A DNA stretch of 64,000 bases from Eledone cirrhosa (Eukaryota), in the NCBI GenBank assembly GCA_964016885.1, contig OZ024743.1, positions 374,356,001 to 374,420,000 on the forward strand. The letters run 5' to 3'. A program made the translations under genes and the position numbers. The first letter of the stretch is position 1. Each line of letters opens with the position of its first letter. This document shows, piece after piece, positions 38,890 to 52,245 of the stretch. The notes below the pieces were generated by a model. It searched no databases and was not told the DNA's origin. It worked only from the letters and a program-made list of their open reading frames with translations.

Positions 38890-41800
38890 GTTATTCCTTG
38901 AATCTCAGTCATTGATGTTGGTTAACTGGAAAGTCCGTTGGATTGAATATCAAGCCACTACCTGCAGCCTCAGATATTCAGGACGTATCGGAGGGTTCTT
39001 GCCGTTCCAAGCAAGCATGCCTTTTGAAGCGTTCCAAAAAGCGTGAAGGGGCCGATTTTCTTTAACCATCCCTGGAAACCTTTGGAGATAGTCCCCAGTG
39101 CGCCTATGACAATCGGGATCACTTTGACTTCATGGCAGTTCCAAATCCTTTTCACCTCCCACTTTAGGTCCTGGTATCGGTTAATTTTCTCCCTCTCCTT
39201 CTCTTGCACTCTCGTGTCGAACGGGCAGGCCACATCCACAATCAGGCACGATCTTTTTTCTTTGTCCACAACCACCAGGTCAGGTCTATTGTGTTCCAGT
39301 TTTTTGTCCGTCTGTATCCTAAAATCCCACAGCACCTTCACCTGACTGTTCTCCATCACCGCCTCTGGCCTATGCTCATACCATTTCTCAGAATGTGGTA
39401 GATTGTTTACTTTGCACAGGTGCCAGTGGATCACCCTGCCCATCACATCGTGTCTCCAGCCCTTATAGTGGGTCTGTGCTAGGTGTTTACACTCGGACAC
39501 AATGTGAGCCACAGTCTCCTCTCTCTCTCCACAGATCCTGCACAGTGGGCTAACCTCCTCCTTGTAGATATGGTGCTTCAACCACTTCGTTTTGAGGGCC
39601 TGCTCCTGCGCAGCCATTAGCATTCCTTCTGTAGCCTTTTTGAGGTCTCCTCTTCTCAACCAGTTCCATGTCTGTGGATCTCTAAATTCAGTTTTCTCAA
39701 AGAAGGTACTATGAAGGGATTTTCCCTTAAGGCTGCTCTTCCTCCTTGATGTTATTTCCTCCTTTACGATCTGAGTTCAAATCCCGCCGAGGTTGACTTT
39801 GCCTTTCATCCTTACGGGGTCGATAAAATAAAGTACCAGTAATGCACTGGGTAATTGCTGGCCTTATGCCTAAAGTAGAAACAGTTATTTCCTCCTTGGG
39901 TATCCCCTGGCCTACTGTCCCCTCCTTCAGTACAGCTTTGAGCATTGGCTCCTTACTATAGGTCACGTATTTGTATAGGTTGTTTTTCTCCATCTGAACA
40001 CAGTCCTCTATGCTGATAAGACCTCTTCCACCCTCAGATCTCCTTAGGTAGAGTCTATCGACATCACTCCTCTTGTGGAACATGTTGTAGATAGTCAATA
40101 GCTTCCTAGTCTTCCTATCCATTTCTTTTTGTTCAGCAACATTCCATCTCAGAATTCCCGCACTGTACCTAATAATAGACACAGCTCGGGAATTTACTGC
40201 GCTTATGGCATTTCTGCTGTTCAGATGTGACTTCAATACGCTCCTTACTCTCCGAATGTATTCAGTTCTTAACAATTCCTTCATTTTTTTGTTCTTTATG
40301 CCATCAGCCTCCAGAACGCCCAAATACTTGTATCCTTCCTCAGAGTCAATTTCCTTTATCATCTCACCTGTTGGTATCTGGATCCCGTTACTTCTGCTCA
40401 ACCTACCCCTCCTCATCACAATGACTCCACATTTACCAATACCAAACTGCATACATATATCACTGCTGAAAATACGGACAGTGTCAACAAGCACATCCAA
40501 CTCCTTCTCACTTTTCCATGAAGAGGAGGTGATTGATGGTAAGCTCTCCCCTTCCCAACTTGTATCCTGCTCTCACTTTTCGCAGCATAATGGTCAAGGG
40601 CATCAGGGCAAGGACAAACAACAGAGGGGACAGGCTATCTCCCTGGAAGATACCTCTCTTGATCTTCACGCTTCCCAAGGATACTCCAGTTGATGTCAAC
40701 TCTGTCTCCCAGGACCCCATACTCCTGCCCAGCAACTGTCTGATGTTATCTGCCACCCTGAAGATCTCCAGGCTTTTGGTGATCCAGGAATGAGGCACCA
40801 TGTCAAATGCCTTTCTGTAGTCTATCCATCCCATGGCAAGATCAGTGTGTCTCCTCCTGCAGTTCCCCATTACCATCTTATCAATAAGCAACTGGTCCTT
40901 TGTACCACGTGACTTCTTTCGGCATCCTTTCTGTTCGTCCGGCAACTAGTTGTTTGTGTGGAGGTGATGGTAGATTTCCTCAGACACAATGCTCGTCAAC
41001 AGTTTCCACATTACGGGCAGACATGTGATAGGTCTATAGTTGGTAACATCATTACCCTTGATTCGGTCTTTCATTATCAGAACTGTGGTACCTTTTGTCA
41101 ACCACTCTGGCACCTCACCCGACACCAAGCAGTCATTGAACATGGCCGTCAGCTTCGGGTGGAGGGATGTTAAATGTTTAATCCAATACCCCTGCACACC
41201 ATCTGGGCCTGGTGATTTCCAGTTGGTTAGTTTTTTGGCTTGCCCCTTAAGAGTTTCAACTGTGATACTCAAATCAGTCTGTTGCTGTGCCTGCTCACCG
41301 ATCTCCCTCTGTACTGTCTCAATCCACCCTGCCTGGGCATTGTGTCTAACATCCTGCTCCCATATTCCTCTCCAGAATGTTTTAGCTTGTTCCGCCCCAG
41401 GGATCAAGTCGTTGCCTCTTTCTTCCCCCTCAAGCTGTCCAAACAGCATCTTCTGGTTGTTGTCGAACATGCGGTTCTGTTTATACTGACTGACTCTGTT
41501 CTCGTATCGCCTGATTTTGGCACTCTTTGCTACAATGCGTTGCTTCAATTCCTCTATGATAATATTTAGCTTTTTACTCCTAGTTTTGTATTTTATTTCC
41601 AGTCTATTTTTAGTGCCTATGTTTTTTAGTGTCCCATTCAGTAGTGACTCAAGCTTTCCTATGTCATTTCTCATTTCCCCGATTTGCCCACTCAGTCGTT
41701 TCTTCCACGACGGCTCTGCTCTTTCTTGTCTGTTGTTTCCTCTCGCTTTTATACCAAGTAGTTTCCTCGCCGTATTTGCTGTTGCTTTGAGGATATTGTT

Positions 41801-43531
41801 GCACTGGTGAAGACTCCTCGCCTCAAGGTATGGGATGACTTTGTTTACCTTAGCTGTCGTTTCTTTTAACTTTTTCCTGTCTACAAATCTTAGGTTCATA
41901 GGTCTCCCACTATCATTGTTCAACTCATCTACCACTAAATTTAGGATGTCAACCGAATCTTGTCCTAGCCCGTCAGCATTCATCTCCTCAGTGGCCGTAT
42001 CTCTGTTCCAGGTATTATTTATCTCAGTATTCAGATCATTGTCTGCTTCGGGTGGTTCCTCCGTTCTCAGGACCTCCTCACCTTCATTTCCCGCCGGCTC
42101 GCTTGTCTGGCATACTACACCCGCCATCTCCAAGCCATTCTCTCTGCTCAGTTCCTCCAGTTCCAGCTCGCTTATCCACCCATTAGTTCTTATTACCCGA
42201 GCCTGCCCGGCCAATTTTTGTTCATATAATTTAAATAAACCAATCTCGTTCCAGATGTTATGCATCCGTCTCCTGTAGCCCCTCTCCTTGGGGTTACTTT
42301 TCAGGTAGCATTGCATAACAGTTCTATTCAATTCTTTCGTCCAGTTGGTTCTGGCCCCTTTCCTTCTTCTTCTTCCTCCAACATCAGCAGTATTTGGTTG
42401 ACAGTCAGGTTCCTGCTGCTGAGCCAGGGGGCACCTGTTGGGTGAGAGTCTGTCACATGACGTTCTAGTCTCCATTTCACCGTTATTCGAACTGTTTATG
42501 TTCGATATTTAAACACTCTTATCGAGGATTGGCGAATGTATGTTTACATAGCCATCTGTGGATCCGCCATCCCACTTGGCCCTTGTGTGGCATTATCACC
42601 ACGCTGTATACGGACACACATAAACAAACAAACACACGGGCAGAAAGGGCCCCAAAAATGAATAAGCATAAGTTTCATTGTAATGTAGTATTCGAATGTC
42701 TGACTTAGTTTTTGTTTTTTAAGTTTTACTTTTTCCCCCCTCTTCTCTGTCCGTCCGCCTGCTTCTCTCTTCATTCTTATTTTCTTTACGTTTTTGGGGT
42801 TTCTTTTTTTGTTTTTGTTTTTCTCTGTTTTTCTCGTTTTTTACTGTTGTTGCTGTGCTGCTTTTGTTGTTTGTTTTTTCTTTTTTCTTTTGAGTCTATC
42901 TATATATTTTGATGCCTTCCTCTTTGTTAGTAGTAGGAATTCTATAATGTGGAAGTGGTAGCCAGCAGAGACTGGCGGCGTTGGCGATACTGAGACAGTG
43001 GTGGTGGTGATGTCGATACCGAGGCAGTGGTGGCGGTGATGCGACCGTATTACTGTAGTGATGGTGCTGTAGCGGTGGCAGCAGCAGTGAAGGAGTCAGG
43101 GGGTGGTGGCGGCGGTGATGGGATAGTGGTGGTAATGATGGCCGTAGTGAGCGGTGGCGGTGAAGGTGAAAATGCTGTTCTGTTTAGTGTACACAGATGA
43201 TGGGGTGGGTGGTGTATCTAGTTTCTGGTGTTGGTGAGTTTAGCTGTCCTATATAGTGTAGCCAGAGGAGAGGAGGGGGGGGGGGTTCTTCTTCTTCCAT
43301 TTATAGCCATTTTTTTTTGGATATACAGTGTACAATACAAAGTTGAATATTTGAATATTTGAGCCTTATAACAATATATTTTGGGTCCGAATTTTTTTGG
43401 GGCTCAAGCCGGGTGCTTTACGTAGCATTTGTACTAAGAGTTGTTATTTCACAAATGATTTAAATATGTTAAAAATTCAAAACTTACGGGAGCGATTTCA
43501 TGACCTCCGTCACCTCGTGCGTCTTCTTCCC
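38890..43531 (-). mobile_element. Dong/R4 family B copy 1, apparently full length (ORF 42475->38970 disrupted; 5' boundary inferred at the next TTA tract)
   Basis: N-terminal W(T/S)xE..MxCY Myb-like region, RT, CCHC, RPD; premature stop at 40946, 20-bp deletion removing the DD motif near 40515, SINE insertion. Confidence 0.88.
39765..39883 (+). mobile_element. 5'-truncated SINE family 1 inserted into Dong B1
   Basis: 14-bp TSD GTTATTTCCTCCTT (39751-39764, 39884-39897); empty site visible at ~44422. Confidence 0.95.
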
Positions 43532-43565
43532 TTATTATTATTATTATTATTATTGTTATTGTTAT

Positions 43566-45435
43566 TCCTTGAATCTCAGTCATTGATGTTGGTTAACTGG
43601 AAAGTCCGTTGGATTGAATATCAAGCCACTACCTGCAGCCTCAGATATTCAGGACGTATCGGAGGGTTCTTGCCGTTCCAAGCAAGCATGCCTTTTGAAG
43701 CGTTCCAAAAAGCGTGAAGGGGCCGATTTTCTTTAACCATCCCTGGAAACCTTTGGAGATAGTCCCCAGTGCGCCTATGACAATCGGGATCACTTTGACT
43801 TCATGGCAGTTCCAAATCCTTTTCACCTCCCACTTTAGGTCCTGGTATCGGTTAATTTTCTCCCTCTCCTTCTCTTGCACTCTCGTGTCGAACGGGCAGG
43901 CCACATCCACAATCAGGCACGATCTTTTTTCTTTGTCCACAACCACCAGGTCAGGTCTATTGTGTTCCAGTTTTTTGTCCGTCTGTATCCTAAAATCCCA
44001 CAGCACCTTCACCTGACTGTTCTCCATCACCGCCTCTGGCCTATGCTCATACCATTTCTCAGAATGTGGTAGATTGTTTACTTTGCACAGGTGCCAGTGG
44101 ATCACCCTGCCCATCACATCGTGTCTCCAGCCCTTATAGTGGGTCTGGGCTAGGTGTTTACACTCGGACACAATGTGAGCCACAGTCTCCTCTCTCTCTC
44201 CACAGATCCTGCACAGTGGGCTAGCCTCCTCCTTGTAGATATGGTGCTTCAACCACTTCGTTTTGAGGGCCTGCTCCTGCGCAGCCATTAGCATTCCTTC
44301 TGTAGCCTTTTTGAGGTCTCCTCTTCTCAACCAGTTCCATGTCTGTGGATCTCTAAATTCAGTTTTCTCAAAGAAGGTACTATGAAGGGATTTTCCCTTA
44401 AGGCTGCTCTTCCTCCTTGATGTTATTTCCTCCTTGGGTATCCCCTGGCCTACTGTCCCCTCCTTCAGTACAGCTCTGAGCATTGGCTCCTTACTATAGG
44501 TCACGTATTTGTATAGGTTGTTTTTCTCCATCTGAACACAGTCCTCTATGCTGATAAGACCTCTTCCACCCTCAGATCTCCTTAGGTAGAGTCTATCGAC
44601 ATCACTCCTCTTGTGGAACATGTTGTAGATAGTCAATAGCTTCCTAGTCTTCCTATCCATTTCTTTTTGTTCAGCAACATTCCATCTCAGAATTCCCGCA
44701 CTGTACCTAATAATAGACACAGCTCGGGAATTTACTGCGCTTATGGCATTTCTGCTGTTCAGATGTGACTTCAATACGCTCCTTACTCTCCGAATGTATT
44801 CAGTTCTTAACAATTCCTTCATTTTTTTGTTCTTTATGCCATCAGCCTCCAGAACGCCCAAATACTTGTATCCTTCCTCAGAGTCAATTTCCTTTATCAT
44901 CTCACCTGTTGGTATCTGGATCCCGTTACTTCTGCTCAACCTACCCCTCCTCATCACAATGACTCCACATTTACCAATACCAAACTGCATACATATATCA
45001 CTGCTGAAAATACGGACAGTGTCAACAAGCACATCCAACTCCTTCTCACTTTTCCCGAAGAGCTTAAGATCGTCCATGAAGAGGAGGTGATTGATGGTAA
45101 GCTCTCCCCTTCCCAACTTGTATCCTGCTCTCACTTTTCGCAGCATAATGGTCAAGGGCATCAGGGCAAGGACAAACAACAGAGGGGACAGGCTATCTCC
45201 CTGGAAGATACCTCTCTTGATCTTCACGCTTCCCAAGGATACTCCAGTTGATGTCAACTCTGTCTCCCAGGACCCCATACTCCTGCCCAGCAACTGTCTG
45301 ATGTTATCTGCCACCCTGAAGATCTCCAGGCTTTTGGTGATCCAGGAATGAGGCACCATGTCAAATGCCTTTCTGTAGTCTATCCATCCCATGGCAAGAT
45401 CAGTGTGTCTCCTCCTGCAATTCCCCATTACCATC
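43566..45435 (-). mobile_element. Dong family B copy 2, 5'-truncated, ORF intact (43641-45434)
   Basis: [42 protein letters not shown]; (TTA)n on both sides. Confidence 0.95.
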
Positions 45436-45485
<50 letters not shown>

Positions 45486-45495
45486 GTTATTGTTA

Positions 45496-45623
45496 TTCCT
45501 TGAATCTCAGTCATTGATGTTGGTTAACTGGAAAGTCCGTTGGATTGAATATCAAGCCACTACCTGCAGCCTCAGATATTCAGGACGTATCAGAGGGTTC
45601 TTGCTGTTCCAAGCAAGCATGCC

Positions 45624-45624
<1 letters not shown>
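45496..45624 (-). mobile_element. Dong family B, ~130-bp 3' stub in (TTA)n
   Basis: Same 3' UTR as the other B copies. Confidence 0.92.
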
Positions 45625-45692
<68 letters not shown>

Positions 45693-46269
45693 GTCGGTGT
45701 TGTCGTTGTTGTTGTTGTTTTATTGTTGTTGCTGTTGTTGTTGCTATTGTTATTGTTGTTGTTATTATTATTTCCGCTACCGTTAATTGATTAGAATTCA
45801 GGGGATATTCGCATCAATTGTTGAAGTTATTTGTTAAAGAAGGATTGTTAACTGTTAACCACATCTCATTAATTTCAAATTTAAGTTAACAATAACAAAA
45901 ATACCAGAAACAAAAAAATGAATAATAACACGAGACCAATACTGAAAGCAAAGTTAAATCTAATATTAACTAAAATACAAAAATTAAGTTATATGAAACA
46001 GTATTGAGGGCAGGAATCTTCCTCTCCGGCCAAGCCTTCATCACCTTCTTGAAGTACTACTTGGAGAGGAAAGTGAGGGGAGAAAATAAGGTGCTATTGT
46101 CTAGTGTTGGTTTTATGATATAATGGGGGAGAACGACGAGATTGGGTGTAATCTGACAAGATTTTCTAAGCAGGAGGGGAAAAACGTGGATAGGGCATTT
46201 TCAATTCCTATGATGCAACAAGTGTTTTTAGGGTGGTGGTGGTAGTGTTGGGGGTTACAGGGGATAACA

Positions 46270-46975
46270 TAAAGTACCAGTAATGCACTGGATAATTGCT
46301 GGTTGATTTAATCGACTTTCCACTTCCCTTCAAATTGTTGGCCTTGTGTCTAAATCAGAAATCAGTGTTAGAAGGGCGTCGGGCAGTATGTTTTGCGGCC
46401 TTATACGTTCGGAGTTCAAATCCCACCGAAGCTAGCTTTGTCTTTCATTCTTTCGAAGACGATAAAATAAAGTGCCAGTAACGCACTGCAATCGATTTAA
46501 TCGACTTTTCTCTTCCCTTCAAATAGCTGTGGAAACAATTATTTTCATTGCTATTTATTAAGGTAGGTGCATTGGTAGGAACTGTAGAGCGTCCGACAAA
46601 ATACTTTACCGTATTTAGTTACGACTTGCTATGTTCGGAGTTCAAATTCCACCGAAGTTAGCTTTGCCTTACGGAGTCTATAAAATCAAGTACCAGTAAC
46701 GCACTGACGTCGATTTTACTGACTTTCCCTTTCCCTTCTAATTGCCGGCCTTGTGCCAAAAGTAGAAACAACTATCGTTACTTTGATACAGGCGGCTAAT
46801 TAGCAAGGGTATTAGAGCTTCAGATTAAAAGTGTCTCAATGTTTGACCCATTGCGTTCAAATCCCGTCGAGGTCAACTTTACCTTTCATCCATCCATCCG
46901 GGGTCGATAAAATAAAGCACCAGCGCCTGTCCCCAAGAATTTGCTGGCCTTGTGCCTAAATTAAAATTAAAACAG
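46270..46975 (+). mobile_element. Tandem SINE family 1 copies
   Basis: Three to four B-box/core/ggccttgtg units. Confidence 0.78.
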
Positions 46976-47016
46976 AATTCTAAATTAGAAAGCATTATTG
47001 TTATATTTACTGTTTC

Positions 47017-47340
47017 CGTGAAGGTGCGTGGCTTTGTGGTTAGAGTATTCGGCTGACAATGGTAAGGTCGTCAATTCGATTCCCGGCGGCGTGCTGTGTA
47101 CTTGAGAAAGACACTTTATTTCACATTGCTCCAGTCCACTCAGCTGGCAAAAATGAGGTGTACCTGTAATTCGAATGACCAGCTTTGTCACATTGTGTCA
47201 TGCTGAATCTCCCCGAGAACTACATTATGGGTACGAGTATTTGTGGAATGCTCAGCCACATGCACGTTAATTTCACGGATAGGCTGTTCTGTTGATCGTA
47301 TCAATTGGAACACTCGTCGTTGCAACCGATGGAGTGCCGT
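47017..47340 (+). mobile_element. tRNA-derived SINE family 2
   Basis: A-box tggctttgtggttag, B-box ttcgattccc, gtgtacttgagaaagacactt core; homologs at 20305, 20770 and 54503. Confidence 0.85.
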
Positions 47341-47688
47341 TATCTTCTGTTTTCACTTTGTTTGAATATCCCTATCCTTTACTCTATGTAAATTCCATTT
47401 ATGTTATATTTTATCCTTGTATTGTCCTCAACGTTATCAGCCCTTGTGGCTAATAACAGAAATCACTATTATTACCACAAAACGAGCCATTATGTTTAGA
47501 ATCATAATTCTTGATTTGGAATTAGAGTGAAATGAAGCGAAGCGTGGAATATTAATTGGATGCTTTTCTTCCCCTCTTTGTCTAAGTCAAACATCACATA
47601 ATCGATGCTTCACATCTTTCGATTAATTACAAATTCTGAAAGAAAATTTAATGTGAACAGAAATTCTCTTTCTCGAATTCTCTTTCGA

Positions 47689-48491
47689 ACAAGTATCCTG
47701 CCATGTAGAAGTAAGGAAGGATACCACCATTTGTTGCTCATAGCAACAAGTATCCTGCCATGTAGAAGTAAGGAAGGATACCACCATTTGTTGCTCATAG
47801 CAACAAGTATCCTGCCATGTAGAAGTAAGGAAGGATACCACCATTTGTTGCTCATAGCAACAAGTATCCTGCCATGTAGAAGTAAGGAAGGATACCACCA
47901 TTTGTTGCTCATAGCAACAAGTATCCTGCCATGTAGAAGTAAGGAAGGATACCACCATTTGTTGCTCATAGCAACAAGTATCCTGCCATGTAGAAGTAAG
48001 GAAGGATACCACCATTTGTTGCTCATAGCAACAAGTATCCTGCCATGTAGAAGTAAGGAAGGATACCACCATTTGTTGCTCATAGCAACAAGTATCCTGC
48101 CATGTAGAAGTAAGGAAGGATACCACCATTTGTTGCTCATAGCAACAAGTATCCTGCCATGTAGAAGTAAGGAAGGATACCACCATTTGTTGCTCATAGC
48201 AACAAGTATCCTGCCATGTAGAAGTAAGGAAGGATACCACCATTTGTTGCTCATAGCAACAAGTATCCTGCCATGTAGAAGTAAGGAAGGATACCACCAT
48301 TTGTTGCTCATAGCAACAAGTATCCTGCCATGTAGAAGTAAGGAAGGATACCACCATTTGTTGCTCATAGCAACAAGTATCCTGCCATGTAGAAGTAAGG
48401 AAGGATACCACCATTTGTTGCTCATAGCAACAAGTATCCTGCCATGTAGAAGTAAGGAAGGATACCACCATTTGTTGCTCATAGCAACAAG
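47689..48491. repeat. Perfect 57-bp tandem repeat, 14 copies
   Basis: ACAAGTATCCTGCCATGTAGAAGTAAGGAAGGATACCACCATTTGTTGCTCATAGCA. Confidence 0.98.
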
Positions 48492-49769
48492 CAAAGAAAT
48501 ATATATTAATATCATTTCCAGCGTGTAATGTTTGTCCCTTTCCCTTGGAACTCTAGAAATATTCTCATTGAATTAAATAACGAAATAACACACACACACA
48601 CACACATACAAACGCACGCACAACCAAGCACACACACACATACAAACAGATACACAACCACATACACACACACACAACCACTCACACACATACGCGCAGC
48701 CCCCGCATACACACACAAACACACACGCACATACACACTCACATACACACGTACTTATTTAGAAACAAAGCAAAAAAAGGAGGGGGGGAAGTCGATTACT
48801 TCGATCCCAGTATTTAACTGGTATCATGGACCTACGAAAGATGAAAGATAAAGTTGATCTCGGCAGGATTTGAACTTAGAGCGTAATGAACCGTAACTAC
48901 AGACCACAAGCACGTTGTCCGACACTTTAACCATTCTGCCAAGACGCCACCCTTATCAATGAAGATCAAATACTTATATCGTTTGTACAAAGTAACGTTT
49001 TCCTGGCATTTACAGAGATATAGGAAAATAAATATTGCTTTTCTCAATTTCTTTTCATTTTTTTTTCTCGAAACCGCGGTTTTCTTTAATACTATATTTA
49101 TAATGTTTGCGTATTGTCAATGAATCATTATAGCCAAATGCAGCCGGGTCACGTTGAGCTTTTAAACCGAACCACGTTTTAAGTCTGAGATCCAAGAAAC
49201 GATACTGCGTGTGTGTCCGAAAGGATTCCGTTTCCTCAATCACACTCATAAAGTTGAGGATTTGTTAGAAGACACTTGCCCAGAGTAATATGCAGTCACA
49301 TCTAACCTCTATTCACATGAATGTAAAGTGAAGTCTTTAACCACGCGGCTATACTGGTGATCAAGAATATAACGGGTGTAAAGAAAACAATACAAATTAT
49401 ATTTTTTAACTCTACTGACAATACATTTCGACAAAATTAGCAAAGAAGTGAAGAATTACTGCTGTATTCGTTCCAGCTCTCTGCTCTGTCTGAGATCAAA
49501 TCCCGCCGAGGTCAAATATGCCTTTCATCCTTTCATGATCCATAAAAACATACTAGTCCAGTATTGAGTTAGATTCTTATATCTTTTTCTCACTTACTCT
49601 CTCTCTCTCTCTCTCATTTTCTCTCTTCTCTGGAAAAAAAGCAGCTGTGTTCAGACCGAGAGAGGTGGTTAAAAAAGTACGCTGTATGTCACGACGGTGC
49701 CCCTATGGCTCCACCGGGAGTTACAGATCAAGAGAGAGAGAAGAATTATCACACTAAATACAAGCGGAA

Positions 49770-50251
49770 CACTAGATGTTTGCCAATGTATTAATTCTGG
49801 AATGGGAGTGAAACTGTTATTCGGCAAATACAAGATTTCACAGAACACAATTACCAATTTATCAAAGGTTTATCACACTCTACAAATTATGAATTCCGTC
49901 AGTTCTTTTAGCACATAAAGTATCTTCTTTCTGTGAAGTTCAACTGGTTCTAACAGTTATGACATTTAGTCAAACTTTTCTGTGGATTATGCAATAAAAA
50001 ACTTTCTTGTGGTACTTAGTTTCGAATATTCTACCAATTCGTTATAGGTAAACGGTACTGTGAACTTGATACGAGAGAGCATTGAAAACTTCTCGGCATA
50101 ACTCACTTTCTCAGTTTCATTTCTAACGCACACTCTTCCTTCATATAATAGCTTGAGTCTGGGCAGTAATGCAACAGGCAGTAATAGCGAGCAAAACAAA
50201 TTTACCGTTTCCTATATAGCAAATCATTCTATCAGCATAACGTCACATCTG
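49770..50251 (+). pseudogene. Possible decayed fibronectin type III coding segment
   Basis: WNGSETVIRQIQDFTEHNYQFIKGLSHSTNYEFR resembles FN3 E-F strands; stops present; GTAAG follows at 50252. Confidence 0.25.
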
Positions 50252-51431
50252 GTAAGCATTATCTAGGTTGGAGGATATTTTAACTCCAAACGTCAGAAAG
50301 TATATTAACCTGTTAAAACATGTTTTGACAAACACACATCAATCTTTACATCTGCAATGTGAGGTTGTTGCTGCTGCTGCTGCTGCTGTTGTTGTTGTTG
50401 TTTGTGTTATTACTGTTGATGTTTCCGCTGTTGTTATTGTTGCTTTATTTGCTACTGTTGCTGTTGTTATTGTTGTTGTTTTTGCTGCTGTTGTTATTGT
50501 TGTTGCTGCTGTTTTTGTTGTTTTTGTCGTTGTTGCTGTTGCTATTGTTGTTGTGGCTGTTACTGTTATTGTTGTTGTTTTTTATGTTGGGGTTAATTTA
50601 AAGATGGCGTAACGCATTTTTTTTCGTGTCCGAAAAATTGTTCTTTTAATTGCAAGAGATCCAACAAGGGGAAGTCTCATCTCCGAAACTGACGGAATAC
50701 TCAGTCATCTAATTTTACGAGCAGGAAGACTCACAAATAGACGGAATGTGATCATGTTACAGATGTCATATAGAGAAAATTTGTAAGGCAGTGGGAAATC
50801 AACCCCAAATGATCAGCTTCTGAGATACTGAAGCTAGAAAATATCATCTTCGAAACTGACAGAATACTTGGTCACCTGCACGTTAATTCTATGAGCAAGT
50901 CGTTCCGTTGATCGAGCAACAGACTCATCGTAGAAACTGACGAAGGTTTTACCCGATAGACAAATTAACAATTAATAATTTCTCTCGCATAAATGTATGG
51001 TATTTCTTTACTCCCTGGAATAAATGTTTCAAGCAGCTCTTTAAAAAACGATTTCGTTATATTGTAGAGTGAAACATATCAACTGTACAGTTGAGCTAAC
51101 TCCTAATTGTTGTTATCAGAGGTATAAACAAGCCATTAGTTTGTGACACGTGAATTCGCTGGCGTCTAGAGTAGCAAATGGGTGTTTATGATTTACTTAA
51201 AGACTGGAGTAGTGTGAGCAACATATGAACAAAATTGTGGCGGAAAATAGATCAAAGCATGCTGCAGGTAATTCCTTCATTTATTTATCTAGGAGTGATG
51301 AAAGATAAAGTCAGTCAGTACCTGCACGAACTAGACTCCAAGGAAGTTGCGAAACAGATACATAGTAAGTCATTTAAGATGGATATTACATACTTACCGG
51401 CATACATATCTACATACATATATATATATAT

Positions 51432-51950
51432 ATGATGGCTGCAAACTCTACTAAGAGTATTGCAATCGTTTGTCAGATTATAGAGTTTGATGCACTTTTA
51501 GGCTTCGGCCAGCCACACGAACTTGTAACTGACTCTGAAATGCTTGTGCTTTGAAGGTTTTTTTAAGTGGGGAAAGGCCTTGCACTCGACCAATCCCACT
51601 CTCTGAGCATCGAAAACACTACCTGAAAAGGAGAACTGGTCAACATCATCGGATGCTTCCGAAGCCGCAAGTTTTTTTTTTCCGAGTTTCCCTCTCCTAG
51701 AAAGGTGTTGTGACAATAACTGGGGGCCTTTCACTCCCAGATGAAAAAAAAAATACTATTTGTATGGCCGTTGACTCTGCTGAGCTCCTCCGCCCGTTGC
51801 CGGGTCTTGTATTTCATCTCGCAGGGTGTCCAAATATCACCCTCCTCACCAAGCAAACTTGGTGGGGTTGCCGGTTTAGTCGTCGACGACCCGACCATGA
51901 GACACGTTGTACTGGGTTACATGTTACCTGTAGCACTCGAGAGCGACCTG
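51432..51950 (-). mobile_element. Bipartite non-autonomous RTE derivative (different subfamily from 8410/9146)
   Basis: 5' caggtcgctctcgagtgctac..ggtcgggtcgtcgacgactaaaccggcaaccccacc; ctaggagagggaaactc; 3' gtagagtttgcagccatcat. Confidence 0.75.
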
Positions 51951-52021
51951 ACATATATACATACCTACATACATACATACCTACATACATACATACATAC
52001 ATACATACATACATACATACA

Positions 52022-52085
52022 TGATGGCTGCCCCCTCGTTATCGAGTATGGCCATTGCACAATAAAAAAAAAAAAAAAAAAAAAA

Positions 52086-52145
<60 letters not shown>

Positions 52146-52207
52146 GACAACAACAATAATAATATACATATTCATATATATATACACACACACGCACGCA
52201 CATAAGC

Positions 52208-52245
<38 letters not shown>

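Noticed and set aside
42481-42620. Canonical HDV-like ribozyme at the Dong B 5' end
   Set aside because: TCCTCG is present but I could not build P1/P2/P3 pairing; reported only as an unassigned structured motif
47689-48491. CRISPR-like array or repeat protein
   Set aside because: No unique spacers and no cas genes; eukaryotic context; the ORFs arise only because the unit is 57 bp
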